Made by a program: the position numbers and the translations under genes. Below the pieces are notes generated by a model, which saw only the letters and a list, made by a program, of their open reading frames with translations, had not been told where the DNA came from and did no database searches. Shown here piece by piece: positions 19,581 through 28,068 of a DNA stretch of 64,000 nt. Source of the DNA: Minisyncoccota bacterium (GTDB lineage: Bacteria > Patescibacteriota > Minisyncoccia > UBA6257 > GWB1-50-10); NCBI GenBank assembly GCA_020059585.1, contig JAGVBU010000002.1, positions 27,566 to 91,565 of the forward strand, given 5' to 3'. Numbering within the stretch: the stretch's first letter is position 1; each line of letters starts with the position of its first letter.

Positions 19581-20750
19581 TTATTGGTTTTGTTCCGACT
19601 GTATGTTTTGTGACGTCGGTACCGATGACGTCTCGAATTCATATCCATTGACGTTAGGGATCTGCGCAAGCGTGGTTGCCGCAGTGTGTACCGCCGTGCG
19701 CGCCGCCTCCATTACGGTCCGTACCGCCTGAAGATCGTTCTTCAACGCGTCGCGTGCGATTCCAACATCTGACTTCAACGCATCTTCCGTAGTAACGGTA
19801 AACGTATATACCTTGGGCATCTGCGCTTCAATGGCGCGCCGCGCGGTATCGATCGCGTTCTTCGCCCCGTCGATTGCGCTGCGCACCGTGCTCACGTCGC
19901 GTCCTCCCGCTTCCGCCTTATCTGCCCTTGTCGCAATATTCACGAGAATGCTCTCGAGCTTCTCGAGTGTTTTCGAGAAGGTGCCCAACATCCGCACATT
20001 CAATTCATTCATGTTCTCATTCACTCTCGAAAGAATCTCCTGTTTTTTCTCATCTCGCACCTTTTGCAATTGCGTTTCAAATTGCGCGCGTTTTTCCTGA
20101 AACTTTTCCGCAATCAACGTCTTCTGTTCTTCGAGACGTGCGGTGAACTGTTCGCGCTCCATGGCGATCTTTTTCAGAAATTCATCACGGTGATTTTGAA
20201 CCGCAGCAAATGCGTCTTCGCGCAATGCCTCGACTTTCATTTTCGATTCCTCATGAATTTTCTTTGCTTCTTCGAGTGCTGCCGTGCGCGCTTTCAAAAA
20301 GAATTCCGCGCCCTCTTTCTTTGCTTCATTCATCTCCTTCACTTCATTTCTCACTTCTTCGCGTACGCGAAGCATATCTTCCTTGCCCTCGTTCCGAATT
20401 TCATTTCGAACCTCAACCGCATTTCGCTGAATCATCCCTTTCGCGTCGAGATACTCGTTTTTCAGCATATCCGCGCCCTCGCGATATTCCTTGCGCATTT
20501 CGAGAAATTCATTCTGCGCCGCTGAATTCCCTTTTATGTCGTCTCTCGGTCCTGCCGCGGGTGCCGGAACGAATCCCGGTCGTGCGACCGGTGCGGGCAT
20601 CGGCCTCACAATATCTATCGGAGGAACCTGCCCCACGTTTGTTCCCGTCGCGGGAAGCGGAGTGTCCACCACAGGCGCATCCTGCGCAAACGCCCCCGGA
20701 ACCGCAACCATACAAACTGCAATAAAAATATATATAAATGTTTTGTGCAT
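19581..20750 (-). CDS. Secreted coiled-coil protein (hypothetical).
   Basis: Start at MHKTF (20750) with signal peptide FIYIFIAVCMVAVPGAFAQD. Pro-rich linker, then extended heptad-like repeats (VRNEIRNEGKEDMLRVREEVRNEVKEM...). Confidence 0.6.
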   Translation of the reverse strand: MHKTFIYIFIAVCMVAVPGAFAQDAPVVDTPLPATGTNVGQVPPIDIVRPMPAPVARPGFVPAPAAGPRDDIKGNSAAQNEFLEMRKEYREGADMLKNEYLDAKGMIQRNAVEVRNEIRNEGKEDMLRVREEVRNEVKEMNEAKKEGAEFFLKARTAALEEAKKIHEESKMKVEALREDAFAAVQNHRDEFLKKIAMEREQFTARLEEQKTLIAEKFQEKRAQFETQLQKVRDEKKQEILSRVNENMNELNVRMLGTFSKTLEKLESILVNIATRADKAEAGGRDVSTVRSAIDGAKNAIDTARRAIEAQMPKVYTFTVTTEDALKSDVGIARDALKNDLQAVRTVMEAARTAVHTAATTLAQIPNVNGYEFETSSVPTSQNIQSEQNQ

Positions 20751-20953
20751 ACGTGTTTTTTTCTTCGCTACACGACCTTTCCCAACATACGCGCTGGGTA
20801 TGTATTTATTATACACCATATTCTTCCCGCCGTGATAAAAAATGAACCTCGATTTCTCGAGGTAAAAATATAGAGGCGCGCGGCATCATATGCCGTCTCT
20901 CCGCTGGCCCAGCCAAAGTACCAGCCGATTACACGGTGTGCCGCGCAACCAAA

Positions 20954-21280
20954 TCAATATACGTGGTATGTGCCGAAATATTGTCGCGCTTTGAGCGCGG
21001 TAACAATGGATTGCACGCGTTCCTCAGTAAGTGCCGAGGATTCTTCCGAAGGAAATTCCATTTCTATGACAGCATTCAGAATCCTCCCTATTTCATCTGC
21101 GGCCGCATCCACACTTTCGAATTGCGCGTCTTCTTTGCGAACGAGATATCTGAAATTTTTTCCCGGACCGCGAGATATCATAAAACCAAAGGTCTTTTTC
21201 TTGAGATCCTCCAAGATTCCGAAACTCAGATCATCGGGATTTGAAAATATTTCCAGTGCTACATCTTGAGCAATATCCAT
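20954..21280 (-). CDS. Hypothetical protein.
   Basis: ORF only. Likely start is MDIAQDV. No recognisable motif. Confidence 0.4.
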   Translation of the reverse strand: MDIAQDVALEIFSNPDDLSFGILEDLKKKTFGFMISRGPGKNFRYLVRKEDAQFESVDAAADEIGRILNAVIEMEFPSEESSALTEERVQSIVTALKARQYFGTYHVY

Positions 21281-21344
21281 CTTCCAGCCTCCGTAAATAA
21301 TGCTAGTTAGGATACTACGCATAAAATACCGCCGTGTCAAAAAA

Positions 21345-21375
21345 AAATCCCCGCGTTCAAGCCGCGGGGAATAAT
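21345..21375 (-). terminator. Rho-independent terminator after the 21388-21732 gene.
   Basis: aaaaaaaaatccccgcgttcaagccgcggggaataat. Confidence 0.65.
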
Positions 21376-21387
21376 ATAAAGAATGCC

Positions 21388-21732
21388 TTACATTTTTTTC
21401 ACGTATTTACGGACTGCCCACACTTTTTTTCCGTTATAAGAGAATGTGATCCCGTCCTCGGGTGATTCGTATTTCAGAAGCTTCTTTGGCGTCCTTCCGT
21501 CGAATACGGGAGATTTTATCACGCACTTTTTCAGGATTCTTGGTCCTCCAGTGAACACGATGTCCATTGTGGAGCCGGGAAGAACGCTGAAGGGAATCTC
21601 AGGAAACTTGTCCGTATCAAAATATTCTTTCTCTTCCTGCGGAAGTTTTCCTTCCGAGACGAGTACGGTCACTACATTATGCTCTTTCTGTTCAACGCCG
21701 ATGAAACTATAGAAAAACTTGTTCGATTTCAT
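21388..21732 (-). CDS. Hypothetical protein.
   Basis: ORF only, 114 aa. Confidence 0.45.
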   Translation of the reverse strand: MKSNKFFYSFIGVEQKEHNVVTVLVSEGKLPQEEKEYFDTDKFPEIPFSVLPGSTMDIVFTGGPRILKKCVIKSPVFDGRTPKKLLKYESPEDGITFSYNGKKVWAVRKYVKKM

Positions 21733-21851
21733 TTCACCCCTCCGTTTTCAATATGCGTCTGATAAATATAATATCATACCGGATGTGATAAGAAAGCTTT
21801 TTAAGACAAACAGATTCTCTTTTTATATAAAAATCCGAACGTAAGTTCGGA

Positions 21852-22580
21852 TTAATTTTCTGTTGCCTCACTCGAAACTTCTCCCACCTCGATAATTTTT
21901 ACTTCTTTTCGATCAATAACGATAAATGTGCTCGGAATATCGGTCCAGCATCCCGTATTGTAATACATCACGGAACCGAACTCCTTCCGCATCGCCTGAT
22001 GGGTATGTCCACAAAATACGGCATGAATCCCATTTTTTCTCGCATATTCAGCGGCAAGTTTTGATACTTTCTCGGAAAGTCTGAGCCACGATTTACTCAT
22101 GCGCTTTATAAGACGGCTCAATCGCTGTTTCCGGTCAAGTTTTTGAATCACAAGATAAATCCAACTCGCAATATCTCCTAGTACCTTGTTTTTCACAAGA
22201 AAACTGTCGAACTGATGGCCGTGTATCGCGAGATACCGCACTCCCTCGTGTTCCCATATGTATTCTTCAAATACATTGATACCAAGAAGATGTGACGTCA
22301 CTTCCGCAAGAAGCGTATCGTGATTTCCCACGATCCAGACAATCTCAATGCCCCGTTTCTCCGACGAAAGTTTCCGGATATAAGAGAGAAACGCCCAGTG
22401 CTGTTTCCGAAGTCGGTGAAAGTTCATATCGTCAAACACGTCCCCAAGAAGAATAAGTCTTTTGAAGCGATACCCCTCAAGCGTCCGTACGAGCGCTTTT
22501 GCGCGACTCACTTCCGAACCAAGATGAATATCCGAAACAATGACTGTATCGACATACCGAATATCCAATTTTTCTTCCAC
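21852..22580 (-). CDS. Calcineurin-like metallophosphoesterase (LpxH/YfcE-like architecture).
   Basis: Metal-ligand motifs in canonical order: SDIHLG, LGDVFDD, GNHD, GHQFD, GHTHQ. Confidence 0.8.
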   Translation of the reverse strand: MEEKLDIRYVDTVIVSDIHLGSEVSRAKALVRTLEGYRFKRLILLGDVFDDMNFHRLRKQHWAFLSYIRKLSSEKRGIEIVWIVGNHDTLLAEVTSHLLGINVFEEYIWEHEGVRYLAIHGHQFDSFLVKNKVLGDIASWIYLVIQKLDRKQRLSRLIKRMSKSWLRLSEKVSKLAAEYARKNGIHAVFCGHTHQAMRKEFGSVMYYNTGCWTDIPSTFIVIDRKEVKIIEVGEVSSEATEN

Positions 22581-22707
22581 GTATACTCTCCAGTTATTTT
22601 TATATTCTGACTTGAACGTACCACTTCGGTCGTGTATGCGTCAAATATTTGTAAAAAAATGCCGCTCGAAGAATTCGAACGGTATTAATAAATTTTGAAG
22701 GGAGAAA

Positions 22708-23040
22708 TTAAATCCCCTTCTGCAGCGGAACGGACTGATAAAATCCCGCCTCGTTTTTTTTATCAACGGTAACCGAAGAAAAAGTCCCGCCGAATGTGTC
22801 GACAAGAACATCCCAGGAAAATTTCTCGATGAGATATGAATCTTCCGGCTCTTTTTCCATGAGGCCCTTCGCTTTCTCCTCGTCCGAGAAAATCAATAAT
22901 GCCCCGCTACCCGTAAGAACTCCTTCGTGTTCCTTACTCTTGATAATCCAGCATGGATCCGGATGAGGAAAAGAAACAGTTATTTTCTTACCCACCATAA
23001 CTCCGGGAGCGATTTCCTTGAATTTGCTTTTCATAAGCAT
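22708..23040 (-). CDS. Hypothetical protein.
   Basis: ORF only, 110 aa. Confidence 0.45.
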   Translation of the reverse strand: MLMKSKFKEIAPGVMVGKKITVSFPHPDPCWIIKSKEHEGVLTGSGALLIFSDEEKAKGLMEKEPEDSYLIEKFSWDVLVDTFGGTFSSVTVDKKNEAGFYQSVPLQKGI

Positions 23041-23117
23041 CTCCTTTTTTGTGAATATGTAATTCAGATACTGCGGTTAAAATACAATGAAAATTGATTT
23101 GTGTCAAAATACGAAAG

Positions 23118-23147
23118 AAATAAAAAAACCCCGCGAGCGGGGTTCTA
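23118..23147 (-). terminator. Rho-independent terminator after the isochorismatase-family gene.
   Basis: Minus strand: ccccgctcgcgggg followed by tttttttatttc. Confidence 0.7.
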
Positions 23148-23152
23148 CAAAA

Positions 23153-23656
23153 TTAGCAATGATTCTGGAAAGATAGTTTCTTTGCGCTCATATTTACGTG
23201 ATGACGATACCAACTCTCCGCTTTGCTTCTACATTCAGAGCAGCAGTATCCTCCGATAAGCGCGCTGTTTGTAATCACCTCATATCCCTCTCGTACCGTA
23301 CTCTTCGCGGTTTTCAATACACACGCGCACGCATTCACTCCCATAACGATAACTTTCTTTCTTTCTATCTTTTTTAGAATTCCGCTTATGGGCGTGCTCT
23401 CGAATGCATCATCGGTCGTCTTTCTTATTTTCTGGTGATTGGGAATTTTTTGTATCTCATCATTTAAATCCGCGATCGTATTTCCTTCTCCGGAATATTC
23501 GAAAATAATAACGGGAATGTCAAAATTTTTGCATTCTTTGAGAATAGAAATCTGTCCGGGAATCAATGATCTTTTTTCCTCATTTAGGAATCCGTACTGC
23601 ATATCGATGAGAAAAACGACGCATTCGTCGGCCATCAACTTCAATTCCGTCTCCAC
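23153..23656 (-). CDS. Isochorismatase-family cysteine hydrolase (nicotinamidase/YcaC-like).
   Basis: 167 aa. Motif order D..K..C. The block KKVIVMGVNACACVLKTA matches the family catalytic-Cys region. Confidence 0.8.
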   Translation of the reverse strand: METELKLMADECVVFLIDMQYGFLNEEKRSLIPGQISILKECKNFDIPVIIFEYSGEGNTIADLNDEIQKIPNHQKIRKTTDDAFESTPISGILKKIERKKVIVMGVNACACVLKTAKSTVREGYEVITNSALIGGYCCSECRSKAESWYRHHVNMSAKKLSFQNHC

Positions 23657-23822
23657 TATCTACCTCCCTAATAAATTTTTTAAATGCGTATTGAATTGCT
23701 GTTATAATAATATAACATTTTATGCATTCTGTCAATATATTGTATGCCCGATGGGGATCGCCAAACGCATTGCTTCAGGGCACCCGAAACAAAAAAACGC
23801 CTGCAGCGTTTTTCGTTTTAAC

Positions 23823-23895
23823 GGGTGCCTAACGGGAATTGAACCCGTGTCATCCGCTCCACAGGCGGATGCTCTACCATTGAGCTATAGGCACC
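23823..23895 (-). tRNA. tRNA-His (anticodon GUG).
   Basis: Hand-folded cloverleaf. Anticodon loop CTGTGGA. Encoded extra 5' G(-1) pairing with discriminator C73, the tRNA-His identity element. T-arm ACGGG-TTCAATT-CCCGT. No encoded CCA. Confidence 0.85.
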
Positions 23896-23898
23896 ATA

Positions 23899-24384
23899 TT
23901 ACAAATCCTCTCCAAAATGATGGACGAGGATATGGCAATTATGGCATAGCCATACAAGATTCTCAACCTTATTATTTTTTCGATTATTATCTTTATGATG
24001 AACGGCTAAAATCCTCTTATCAGACACTTTACACAGCACGCATACCATTGGAATATTGTGCCTCTTTATTACATTTCTATAGGCATATTCTCCCGTCTTC
24101 CAGTTTGAATGTTTCTTTCCAACAAATTCCCCATTCCTCCACCTCGTTTGACATGATTTACTGCAAAAATATTTTTTACTTTTCGAATGTTGTAGCGCTC
24201 GTTGAGTTTTATATATTTCTTTCTTACAAACAGAACACTTCACAAAATTTCCATTTTTCTGTGCTTCGTGCTGGCATTTTCTAGAACAATATTTCCCAAA
24301 ACCTCTTTTCAACCAAAACGGTTTTGCATAAAATTCTTTTTTACAAATTCTACATAAAACGTCCGGCATATGTTCATAATACAA
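23899..24384 (-). CDS. HNH endonuclease with N-terminal zinc ribbons (homing-endonuclease-like).
   Basis: Three CxxC..C pairs, then the HNH core HHKDNNRKNNKVENLVWLCHNCH. The gene is AT-rich. Its stop codon lies 3 nt upstream of tRNA-His. Confidence 0.8.
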   Translation of the reverse strand: MYYEHMPDVLCRICKKEFYAKPFWLKRGFGKYCSRKCQHEAQKNGNFVKCSVCKKEIYKTQRALQHSKSKKYFCSKSCQTRWRNGEFVGKKHSNWKTGEYAYRNVIKRHNIPMVCVLCKVSDKRILAVHHKDNNRKNNKVENLVWLCHNCHILVHHFGEDL

Positions 24385-24500
24385 AAAAATACCCCATAGT
24401 AAAATGGGTTGTCTGTGGATGAAATGCTTTATACGATTAAACCTTTTCCAATTTTCAAATAAAATCGAGAATTCGAAACATACAAAGAATACCCCGATTG

Positions 24501-24911
24501 CTATTCTTCTTCAATATCAGAGGATTTTCCTTCCCTTCTGGATTTCTTCTTCTGATAACGGAGATGGTTGTGTCTCACTTCCCGCTCCTTCACGCTGTTC
24601 CGCTTTCTTGTCGGAATGCGTGGCGGATCTTTATGGAGCGCTTCCTTGATAAGCTCATTCAATTTTTCAATCACACGCTCCTTATTCCGCTCTTGAAACC
24701 GCTCCTCCTCGCTCTCCACAAGAAGCTCGTCATCCTGATCAATGCGGTTCGAAAGTTTTTCCCGTATTCTTTTCTTCTCTTCTTCCGAAAACGGCAACGC
24801 CTCTATTTTCACCTGCGCCTGCACTTTCGTCGCTCGTTTATTGACCCTCTGACCTCCCGGACCGCTTGATCGCGCCGTTTTAAAGCGAATATATTTCTCA
24901 TCAATCGCCAT
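24501..24911 (-). CDS. arfB: Alternative ribosome-rescue factor ArfB (peptidyl-tRNA hydrolase, class-I release-factor GGQ domain).
   Basis: 136 aa. GGQ motif SSGPGGQRVNK, then a basic C-terminal tail. Confidence 0.85.
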   Translation of the reverse strand: MAIDEKYIRFKTARSSGPGGQRVNKRATKVQAQVKIEALPFSEEEKKRIREKLSNRIDQDDELLVESEEERFQERNKERVIEKLNELIKEALHKDPPRIPTRKRNSVKEREVRHNHLRYQKKKSRREGKSSDIEEE

Positions 24912-24952
24912 ATTTCTTGTTTCTCACGAAAATTATACGGTATAATGAAGCA

Positions 24953-25612
24953 ATGGACAATTTGCTGGAGCATGTGGGAAATTGGATCCTCCAAAACCCC
25001 TCATGGACCGACCTGATCCTCGCCGCGGGTATCATTATTCAAGGAGAACTCACCATTCTCCTTTCTGTCTACCTCGCCATAAATGACAATATCGGATGGG
25101 ATCAGTTTGTTATTGTGACTCTTGGCACGCTCGTCATCGGCGAGACATTCGTCTACATTGTGGGAAGAACACTTCGCAATACGAGATTCGGGTGGAAACT
25201 CTATAAGAAAAACAAATCAAACAGAAAAATACAGGCATATACGCACTATCTCAAGAAAAACACGGGGAAACTTCTGATACTCGCCAAATTCCTCCCCGCC
25301 ACGAATCTCATCATTCTTATCCTTATCGGTTGGTCCCGAACGAAATTTATGACATTTTTCAAGACGTATCTCCCCGCGGTGCTTCTCTGGTTTTCTAGCA
25401 TGACGGTCGTCGCGTATTTTCTCATGTCGGGTCTTCATTACCTCCGATCGACAAAGGTATTCCGGCAGGTGGAAATAGGCATTGTCGTGATATTCGTGCT
25501 TATATTCCTTGGAGAACATATTCTGCGACGGGCTATAGGGAAACGAACACCACTTACGGAACGAGACGATGAGGAAGAGGAAGAATGTGAAAATAAAAAC
25601 CCCTCCGCATAG
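24953..25612 (+). CDS. DedA-family-like membrane protein.
   Basis: Multi-pass. KFLPATN-type motif. The start is uncertain (24917 or 24953). Confidence 0.5.
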   Translation: MDNLLEHVGNWILQNPSWTDLILAAGIIIQGELTILLSVYLAINDNIGWDQFVIVTLGTLVIGETFVYIVGRTLRNTRFGWKLYKKNKSNRKIQAYTHYLKKNTGKLLILAKFLPATNLIILILIGWSRTKFMTFFKTYLPAVLLWFSSMTVVAYFLMSGLHYLRSTKVFRQVEIGIVVIFVLIFLGEHILRRAIGKRTPLTERDDEEEEECENKNPSA

Positions 25613-25617
25613 GGGGG

Positions 25618-26409
25618 TTATTTTTTTGAAATCTCCTTCGCGTATTTCAAAACATTTTTCGCATACGTTCTGCTGTTATTATATTTCATAAGCGACGCTA
25701 TCGGATCTTTTTGATTCCATCCCGTAGTGTGAAGATAATGCGCGATGCTCCATACCGTATCAGTGAAATTCCGAAGAATATCTGCATTCCCGTCTCCATC
25801 GCCATCGATTGCAAAAGAGAATGAGGAAGGCATGAACTGAGGAAGTCCCACCGCACCCGCCCATGAGGTCGGAATAGAAAACGGATCGAGCATTCGGGCT
25901 TCGCACACTATACATATTTTCTTGAATTCACTCGCAAGATATCGTTTTCTCTTTTCGCTTTTCGCAACGGAAAAGAGGGTGAAATACGTATTCGGAGCCT
26001 TATGTGTTCCGAGAAAAAGACCAAGATCGGATTCGACTCGAAATACCGCAACGATAACATCCGCGGGAATCCCAAATTTCTTTGACGCGTCTTGTACGGG
26101 AATATAAGATTTGAGAAAACTCCTTCCGCGTGCCACAGACTCTTCCGTAAAAAGAAAACTATAATCCGGCTTTGTCCTGCGCTTCAGAATTCCAAGAATC
26201 GAGGAGTCGATTCCAAATCGCGGATCATTTGTGATGGAATGCACGGCAGAATCCGACACTCCCGCGCGGGAGAGAAATTTCCCGAACGAAACCTTCTTGT
26301 CGTTCGCCTGTCCGCATATACACACGGAAAAGAACATAAGAAAAATCAATACGACCGCGTATCGCATACTCGGCTCCTTTGTGGTTAATTTTCTGTTTTC
26401 AGCGTACAC
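25618..26409 (-). CDS. Lytic murein transglycosylase (MltB-like).
   Basis: Signal/TM N-terminus. MltB-like blocks: FRVESDLGLF, AGAVGLPQFMPSSF, DGDGDGNADI. Confidence 0.75.
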   Translation of the reverse strand: MYAENRKLTTKEPSMRYAVVLIFLMFFSVCICGQANDKKVSFGKFLSRAGVSDSAVHSITNDPRFGIDSSILGILKRRTKPDYSFLFTEESVARGRSFLKSYIPVQDASKKFGIPADVIVAVFRVESDLGLFLGTHKAPNTYFTLFSVAKSEKRKRYLASEFKKICIVCEARMLDPFSIPTSWAGAVGLPQFMPSSFSFAIDGDGDGNADILRNFTDTVWSIAHYLHTTGWNQKDPIASLMKYNNSRTYAKNVLKYAKEISKK

Positions 26410-26434
26410 CGAAAAACACTCCCCTGTAAAATCC

Positions 26435-26767
26435 TCAACTCTTCATCGCGTTTATCTTCGCCGCCATAATAAAATCATTTTCCGAGAGTCCTCCAATCGC
26501 ATGGGTTGAGAGCTCTATAATCACGTTTTTGTACGAGACAAGATGAATATCGGGGTGGTGTCCCTCTTCTTCCGCAATTTTCCCCACGGCGTTTACAAAC
26601 GAGAGTGCCGCGGCAAAATCAGAATTTTCAAATGTATGTATTATCTTCTTTCCGTCATCACTCATCTCCCACCCAAGCACTCCCGCGAGATATTTCTGCG
26701 ATTCCTCTTTCGTCATGGGCTTTGCTCCCCCCTCACATGGCACGCATTTTTTATTTAATAGATCCAT
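26435..26767 (-). CDS. Pterin-4a-carbinolamine dehydratase (PCD/DCoH).
   Basis: Start at MDLLNKK. Active-site block EEGHHPDI. About 110 aa. Confidence 0.85.
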   Translation of the reverse strand: MDLLNKKCVPCEGGAKPMTKEESQKYLAGVLGWEMSDDGKKIIHTFENSDFAAALSFVNAVGKIAEEEGHHPDIHLVSYKNVIIELSTHAIGGLSENDFIMAAKINAMKS

Positions 26768-26856
26768 GGGGTAAGTATACGGTAGTAAGTAGTAAGTAGT
26801 AAGGGTTCGATTCACCCTCGTCCCGATTTTCATCGGGACTCCTCTGCGGAAATAAG

Positions 26857-26888
26857 AATCCCGCCAGTCTATAGACTGGCGGGATGAT
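26857..26888 (-). terminator. Hairpin terminator copy downstream of a degenerate tRNA-Phe 3' fragment. It is the same 24-nt stem-loop as the tRNA-Arg terminator at 28587-28610.
   Basis: cccgccagtctatagactggcggg is a perfect palindrome, followed on the minus strand by a U-rich tract. Confidence 0.6.
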
Positions 26889-27066
26889 GGTGCCGCGGGG
26901 GTGAGATCGCCCTCGACTCAAAAGAGTGCCGTCGCACTCTTTTGGTCTGGGCACCGGCTCGCGGTGCATTCTGCTGAATGCACATCGCTCCGCCGTTCGA
27001 TTCACCACGCAACGCACGCAGGTGCGTTGCTCCCGCATAAAAACCCCTGAAGGGGTTTTTATTTTG
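26889..27066 (-). repeat. Palindrome-rich element of about 175 bp. It begins with a 15-nt copy of the tRNA-Phe 3' end and is related to the repeats downstream of tRNA-Arg.
   Basis: gtgccgcgggggtga is present at 26890 and at 27066. Shares the ctgggcaccgSctcgcgKtgcat motif and the gcattctgctgaatgca palindrome with the 28069-28618 units. Confidence 0.65.
27039..27065 (-). terminator. Rho-independent terminator immediately downstream of tRNA-Phe.
   Basis: aaaaacccctgaaggggtttttatttt. Confidence 0.7.
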
Positions 27067-27138
27067 TGCCGCGGGGGTGAATCGAACACCCGACACGACG
27101 CTCTTCAGGCGACTGCTCTACCACTGAGCTACCGCGGC
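27067..27138 (-). tRNA. tRNA-Phe (anticodon GAA).
   Basis: Hand-folded cloverleaf. Acceptor GCCGCGG/CCGCGGC. D-arm GCTC-AGTGGTA-GAGC. Anticodon loop CTGAAGA, with one U·U mismatch in the anticodon stem. T-arm GGGTG-TTCGATT-CACCC. Discriminator A. No encoded CCA. Confidence 0.8.
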
Positions 27139-27291
27139 GAATGGTGAGGAAAAGAATATATGTAATATATTGTTTTCGAACCGTGATGCCGAGGAATATT
27201 GCGTAAAACGCGCACCCCGCGACATCTCTGTCATAACGAAGAATATCACACGAAAAATACTTTTTCAATTTGGGTCGACACATTTATTTGC

Positions 27292-28068
27292 ATGGAATAC
27301 AATAATACCAACACAAAAAATATACCTATGCTCATCAACATTCTCACCGCAAGCATCATTGGAAGTGTCCTCGCTCTCGCGGGAGGGCTTCTTCTCCTCT
27401 GGAAAGAAAAATATATCCGAAACGCATCGCTTCTTCTTGTAAGTTTTGCCGCGGGAAGCCTTCTCGGCGCGGCGTTTTTTGATCTGCTTCCTGAAGCAAT
27501 TCACGAAGGAGGCGATCCCGCGGGAATATTCTCATTCGTACTCGGGGGAATTCTCGTGCTTTTTCTCTTTGAAAAACTCCTTAAATGGTATCATTGTCAC
27601 AATAAAGGCGTCTGCGAATACCACACCTTTTCAAGCGCGGTGCTTTTCGGTGATACCGTACACAATTTCATCGATGGAATCATCATCGCCCTCAGTTTCG
27701 GGCTTGGTGTGGAAATAGGCATCGCAACCACTATCGCGGTATTTCTCCATGAAATTCCTCAGGAGATAGGAGACTTTGGAGTGCTCCTCCACGCGGGATG
27801 GGAAAAGAAAAAAATCATTCTCGTGAATCTCGGCACCGCACTCGCCACCATCCTTGGAGGAATCCTCGGATATATCGCGCTTCCCTACGTATCTTCATTT
27901 CTTCCTCACCTCATAGGATTCGCCGCGGGAACATTTATCTATATCGCCGTGTCCGATCTTATGCCGGAACTCCGCCACGAGTCGAAACCGAAAGAGTTCG
28001 CTCATTTTTTCACCATTCTTCTCGGAATTCTCACTATTGTCGCCATCGGATCTTTCTTTGATCATTAA
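27292..28068 (+). CDS. zupT: ZIP-family zinc transporter (ZupT-like).
   Basis: 8 TM segments. ZIP signature HNFIDG...HEIPQEIGDF. His-rich loop WYHCHNKGVCEYH. The start could instead be 27328. Confidence 0.85.
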   Translation: MEYNNTNTKNIPMLINILTASIIGSVLALAGGLLLLWKEKYIRNASLLLVSFAAGSLLGAAFFDLLPEAIHEGGDPAGIFSFVLGGILVLFLFEKLLKWYHCHNKGVCEYHTFSSAVLFGDTVHNFIDGIIIALSFGLGVEIGIATTIAVFLHEIPQEIGDFGVLLHAGWEKKKIILVNLGTALATILGGILGYIALPYVSSFLPHLIGFAAGTFIYIAVSDLMPELRHESKPKEFAHFFTILLGILTIVAIGSFFDH

